Part shown: positions 63,571 through 64,000 of the stretch, one piece after another | Layout of the letters: the number at the start of each line of letters is the position of its first letter | How positions within the stretch are numbered: position 1 is the first letter of the stretch | Origin: the human T2T-CHM13v2.0 reference genome, Homo sapiens | Assembly: GCF_009914755.1 (NCBI RefSeq) | Contig: NC_060941.1 | Length of the DNA: 64,000 nucleotides | Strand: one strand, 5' to 3' | The notes under the pieces: generated by a model | What the model was told of the DNA's origin: nothing | Databases searched by the model: none | What the model saw: the letters and a program-made list of their open reading frames with translations, nothing else | Position numbers and translations under genes: made by a program

Positions 63571-64000
63571 GATATACTAACTATGTGACTCTTAGATTCA
63601 TAGGCTAAATTTCCTTTTGGATTGTTTTTCAAAGACTGAAAATGCCTATATTAGGAAATATCTTCACTTTCCATCTCCAGCTCCCCTATTTGTCAGTTCT
63701 TCTATTCTGACCCCTAAGATGTGGTTCACATTTTAATTACAGTTACATATGGCAGTCTCCATCCACCATAGCCAGCCAGCCTGCAGGCTTGAAGAGAATG
63801 AAGGAGAGCCTAATACTGCCTTCTTTCTGACAAGCTCTCATGGAGCTTTCACAGTTAAGACTCTGTCGATCTGTTGCAATGACTGAAGTGTCCTGTAAAT
63901 GATCACTTATTACAAATGTTCAGGTAGATGTGTCACTTTAAGCATTAACAATTTATTTTTAACTACATTTCTTTATTCTTTACATATACCAATTGTGCTT

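Overview
Primate (human-like) non-coding genomic DNA, probably part of a large intron or gene desert; I could not identify the locus from sequence alone. No intact protein-coding exon, RNA gene or CRISPR array is supported, and nearly all ORF-track entries are Alu/L1 read-throughs or chance ORFs. About 43 Alu elements or fragments (many with visible target-site duplications, TSDs), old L1/L2/MIR relics, hAT and Tigger DNA-transposon relics, an MST (MaLR) LTR, and an RPL36A-family processed pseudogene split by a solo LTR12 (ERV9) are recognisable. Most notable: (i) an isolated, CpG-decayed GC-rich fragment at 4.7-4.9 kb that creates a 133-codon signal-peptide-like ORF and a possible cryptic exon; (ii) several fold-back/templated-insertion scars (9.9, 16.9, 27.6, 32.7, 35.7 kb) and local direct duplications (54.0/55.9, 54.9-55.3 kb); (iii) an unrecognised insert inside a four-level TE nest at 43.5-44.4 kb; (iv) an 8.4-kb Alu-free island (23.5-31.9 kb) and promoter-like modules at 18.8-19.2 and 26.3-26.6 kb. 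Repeat subfamily names are from recalled consensus sequences; boundaries are approximate.
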